Origin: Amoebophrya sp. A120
Lineage: Eukaryota > Protista > Dinoflagellata
Direction: 5' to 3'
Assembly (NCBI GenBank): GCA_905178155.1
Contig: CAJINV010000002.1
Location: 7,923,650 to 7,987,649, forward strand
Length of the DNA: 64,000 bases
Positions 63,001 to 64,000 of the stretch are shown piece by piece. A program made the translations under genes and the position numbers. Position 1 is the stretch's first letter; each line of letters starts with the position of its first letter. The notes under the pieces are model-generated. The model saw only the letters and a list, made by a program, of their open reading frames with translations. It searched no databases and was not told the DNA's origin.

Positions 63001-63892
63001 GCCTTCGCACGAGCGCTTTGGCTTTCTGCACTTCATCGCTTTGCTGTTCCCCGTCACTGGGTTTTCCCGTCGAAGCAGGCTGTGGATTCCCCTCATTAGG
63101 ACCCGAACGTGCATGAGAGTCTGGATGATGCCCTGGCTGAGGCCCCACGGATGCTCCGTCCTCCTGCGAGCGGTTCAATTCCAACTGCTCCCTCGTCAAC
63201 ACGTCAGCCACAGCCTTCTTCCAAGCCGCCACCCCCTGTTCCTCGTCTTTGTCCTGTTGTTTTTGCACAAGCTCCTGAGCAATTTTCCGTAGCTTCGCTC
63301 CAGTCTTTCCAGATACAAGATCTACCGCAGAAGCACCGTCCGCCTGCTCCGCCGGATCCCTCCATTTCCGGCTGCTCAGCGCGATCTCCAGAAGTACCGC
63401 CAGCATTTCGTTTCCGTTCGTTCCGGCGTCCCCTTCTGCTTGGGGGGCAGAAGCTGCTTTTCCCACTTTCGTAACCCATGTGGCGGCTTCCCGTTCGTCG
63501 CCGTTCAGAACATCCACCGCACACTCCACGACAGAATGTACAACTCGGCTTCGCACTGGCTTGCCGCGACAAGACTCTGAGCAATTTTCGAGTGGCCACC
63601 CCCACTGAAAAAAGTCCTTCCCGTCTTTAACAACCCAGTTAATCAACTCCTGGGCCGCCTCTTTCAGTAGATCCTCCGACGCTGCGGAGATTACGCTGAA
63701 CTCCCCATAAACGGCATTAGACAACCCCCTTTCCTCACTGGCCAAATTTTCAGCTTCCGTGCGCAGAACCTCTGCCACCTCGTCGGCACCCCGGACCGTG
63801 GCAGGGATGAGCTTTTTCAAGAACTCTTGATTCGACCATGAATGCTGCTGCACAAACTTTTGCGCATACTTCCGCACGACGAGCTTGCGCAC
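60001..63892 (-). CDS. Hypothetical alpha-helical internally repeated protein (probably starts beyond the window)
   Basis: ORFs 61436-63892, 60829-61194 and 60001-60741 share recurring modules (AAxELIxW..G..W..W; VLLEAA; IAQxL..W). Confidence 0.7.
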
Positions 63893-64000
63893 GTTGTTTT
63901 TTTCGGTGGTGCTCGCTGCGTTTTCTCTTAATGACCATAGGCGCTGCTTGACATGGAACTCCTGATTGTCTGCGCAAAATTGTTCCGCTATCGTTCTAGC

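Overview
Eukaryotic, intron-rich window whose architecture matches the dinoflagellate parasite Amoebophrya (organism identity is an inference). It carries about 8-9 host genes, all on the minus strand: KIF9-type kinesin, CCCH zinc-finger protein, large EF-hand protein(s), Asp/Glu-racemase-like protein, CRAL-TRIO protein, CPYC glutaredoxin, AP-4 mu subunit and a helical repeat protein. Their coding exons are interrupted by 17 MITE-like 'introner' elements in five families (210-323 bp, TAT...ATA terminal inverted repeats, 5-bp target duplications). Removing each element plus one duplicate copy restores the reading frame, although no GT-AG is present, and the elements lie in both orientations. 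The most striking signal is a hyper-parasitic layer. Three of the 17 introners contain non-LTR (APE endonuclease + RT) retroelements inserted at the introners' own repeated GCATGACA motif. A 10-kb element and its 1.3-kb non-autonomous derivative sit at the identical base of two family-C introners (18-19 bp TSDs). A second, divergent RT lineage sits in a family-B introner and is itself interrupted by a further insertion. This looks like a site-specific retrotransposon system that uses spliced-out introners as a safe haven.
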